DNA of 64,000 nt, taken from NCBI GenBank assembly GCA_905212975.1, contig CAJMGO010000007.1, positions 1,699 through 65,698 on the forward strand, in the 5' to 3' direction. Source of the stretch: an uncultured Bacillota bacterium (lineage in GTDB: Bacteria > Bacillota_I > Bacilli_A > RF39 > UBA660). The notes beneath the pieces are model-generated. The model did no database searches. It was not told the origin of the DNA and worked only from the letters and a program-made list of their open reading frames with translations. The translations under genes were made by a program, and so were the position numbers. The first letter of the stretch is position 1. Every line of letters starts with the position of its first letter. Shown one piece after another: positions 62,304 to 64,000 of this stretch.

Positions 62304-62777
62304 ATGGCTGATAAGGCTAAAGAAATATATTTAACACAATCTGGCTTAGATGATTTAAAAAAAGAACTTGAATATTTAAGAACAGAAAAAAGACCAGAAG
62401 TAATTAATTCATTAAAGGAAGCAAGAGCATTAGGTGATTTATCTGAAAATTCTGAATATGATGCTGCACGTGCTGCTCAAGCTGAAGTTGAAGGTAGAAT
62501 AAAAGAGATTGAAGCAATGCTTGAAAATGTGGTTGTAATAACTGGTGAAAAAAGTGATGTTGCTTCAATTGGTTCAAATGTAAAAATTAAATATGTTGAT
62601 GATGGTGAAGTAGAAGAATATTCAATAGTTGGAAGTCAAGAAGCTGACCCATTTCAAAATAAAATTTCTAATGAATCTCCAATAGCAAAAGCAATTATAG
62701 GATCAAGTGTAGGTTCTGTTGTAGAAGTTGATAGTCCTAGTGGAAAATATCAAGTAGAAATTATTTCAATTTCATAA
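62304..62777 (+). CDS. greA: Transcription elongation factor GreA
   Basis: N-terminal coiled coil with acidic tip residues, and a C-terminal FKBP-like domain. Start at MADKAKE. Confidence 0.88.
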   Translation: MADKAKEIYLTQSGLDDLKKELEYLRTEKRPEVINSLKEARALGDLSENSEYDAARAAQAEVEGRIKEIEAMLENVVVITGEKSDVASIGSNVKIKYVDDGEVEEYSIVGSQEADPFQNKISNESPIAKAIIGSSVGSVVEVDSPSGKYQVEIISIS

Positions 62778-62868
62778 AAAGTACTATGTACTTTTTTTCT
62801 ATTGAACTTGAAAAATGTATTATTTTGTTGTATACTATATATCATATGATTTGAAAGGAATGAATTAA

Positions 62869-64000
62869 ATGAGTAAAGAGAAAAACATGAAAGAAATTAA
62901 AATAAAAGTTGAAGGAAAAGAATGGAAAGATGCTATAGATAAAGCATATAAAAAGATTTCATCAAAGGTTAAAGTTGATGGTTTCCGTCCTGGAAAAGCA
63001 CCTCGTGATATGATAATTAAAAAATATGGTCAAGGTAATTTATGGATGGACGCAGCTGATGAAAGTATCCAAGCAGCATATACAAAAGTTATGGATGAAA
63101 ATAAAGACTTAGAAATAGTTTGCCAACCAGAAGTTAATGTAACATCTGTAAGTGATGATGCTATTGAATTTAATTTTACTTTAACTTTAAAACCAGAAGT
63201 TAAGTTAGGAAAATATAAAGGTCTTGGAGTAAAAAAAGAAGAAGTTAAAGTATCTAAAAAAGATATAGATGAAGCTGTTCTTGCTATGCAAAAACGTTAT
63301 GCAGAAAGTGTAATTAAAGAAGGAACTGTTGAAAATGGTGATACAGCAGTTATTGATTTTGAAGGTTTTAAAGATGGAGTAGCATTCGAAGGTGGAAAAG
63401 GAGAAAACTATTCATTAGAAATTGGTTCAGGATCATTTATACCTGGTTTTGAAGAACAATTAATTGGAATGAAAAAAGGAGAAACAAAAGAAATTAACGT
63501 TACTTTCCCAGAAAATTATCATGCTGAGGAATTGAAAGGTCAACCTGCTATATTTAAAGTTACAGTAAATGAAATTAAAACAACTAAAATTCCAGAGTTA
63601 GATAAAGATTTCTTTGAAGATTTAGGAATGGAAGGAATTGAAACAGAAGAAGCTTTAAGAAAACAATTAGAAGAAAATATTAAAACAAGAAGAGAAAGCG
63701 AATTTGAAAATAAATTTATTGATGATTTATTAGATGCTGCAGTTAAAAATATGGAAGTAGAAATTCCTCATGTAATGATTCACGAAGAATTAGATAGAAT
63801 GTTAAGACAATATGATGAAAATTTAAAAATGCAAGGAATTACTTTAGAACAATTTTATCAATTTACAAATTCTAATGAAGAACAATTAAAAGCTGAAATG
63901 CATGGTGAGGCTGAAAAAAGAGTTCTTGAAAGATTATTATTAGAAGAAATTGTTAAAAGTGAAAAAATTGAAGTTAAAAATGAAGATGTTAAAAAAGAAG
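62869..64000 (+). CDS. tig: Trigger factor (3' partial; runs off the window)
   Basis: N-terminal ribosome-binding domain with GFRPGKAP, followed by a PPIase domain. Confidence 0.9.
   Translation, partial: MSKEKNMKEIKIKVEGKEWKDAIDKAYKKISSKVKVDGFRPGKAPRDMIIKKYGQGNLWMDAADESIQAAYTKVMDENKDLEIVCQPEVNVTSVSDDAIEFNFTLTLKPEVKLGKYKGLGVKKEEVKVSKKDIDEAVLAMQKRYAESVIKEGTVENGDTAVIDFEGFKDGVAFEGGKGENYSLEIGSGSFIPGFEEQLIGMKKGETKEINVTFPENYHAEELKGQPAIFKVTVNEIKTTKIPELDKDFFEDLGMEGIETEEALRKQLEENIKTRRESEFENKFIDDLLDAAVKNMEVEIPHVMIHEELDRMLRQYDENLKMQGITLEQFYQFTNSNEEQLKAEMHGEAEKRVLERLLLEEIVKSEKIEVKNEDVKKE

Overview
This 64-kb window comes from a very AT-rich (about 26-28% GC), spore-forming Firmicute of the Clostridia type. 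Most of it is conserved core genome on the + strand. From the sequence I identify: secE-nusG-rplK-rplA-rplJ-rplL-ybxB-like methyltransferase-rpoB-rpoC; rpsU-yqeY; spoIIGA-sigE; the CIRCE/HrcA heat-shock operon hrcA-grpE-dnaK-(pepF)-dnaJ; miaB; a HelD-like helicase; uvrC; rpsB-tsf; RNase J; yqfC-yqfD-ybeY-cdd-era-recO; tcdA; ireB-ruvX-yrzB-mltG-yrrM-yrrN-yrrO-like genes; greA; and the start of tig. There are two accessory regions. The first runs from about 2.0 kb to 8.0 kb, between an intact comEC and a tRNA-Lys(CUU). It holds a DinD-like gene and then three tandem, progressively decayed modules. Each module is a duplicated comEC 3' segment, then a DUF1016/YhcG-like PD-(D/E)xK nuclease gene, then an identical outward extended -10 promoter, then a different cargo ORF. 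This looks like an undescribed cassette-accretion hotspot and is the most novel structure in the window. The second accessory region runs from about 42.3 kb to 45.3 kb and is a class-II (double-glycine leader) bacteriocin locus. It has a C39-peptidase ABC exporter, a short accessory protein, two unannotated GG-leader peptides (46 and 52 aa) and a possible immunity ORF. Other oddities are a GrpE with a metallothionein-like Cys-rich N-terminus, pepF inserted between dnaK and dnaJ, an RpsB with a Lys/Glu-repeat plus Rho_N-like C-terminal extension, and a pair of large unknown surface proteins. Every identification rests on motifs I recognise by eye; no database searches were run.
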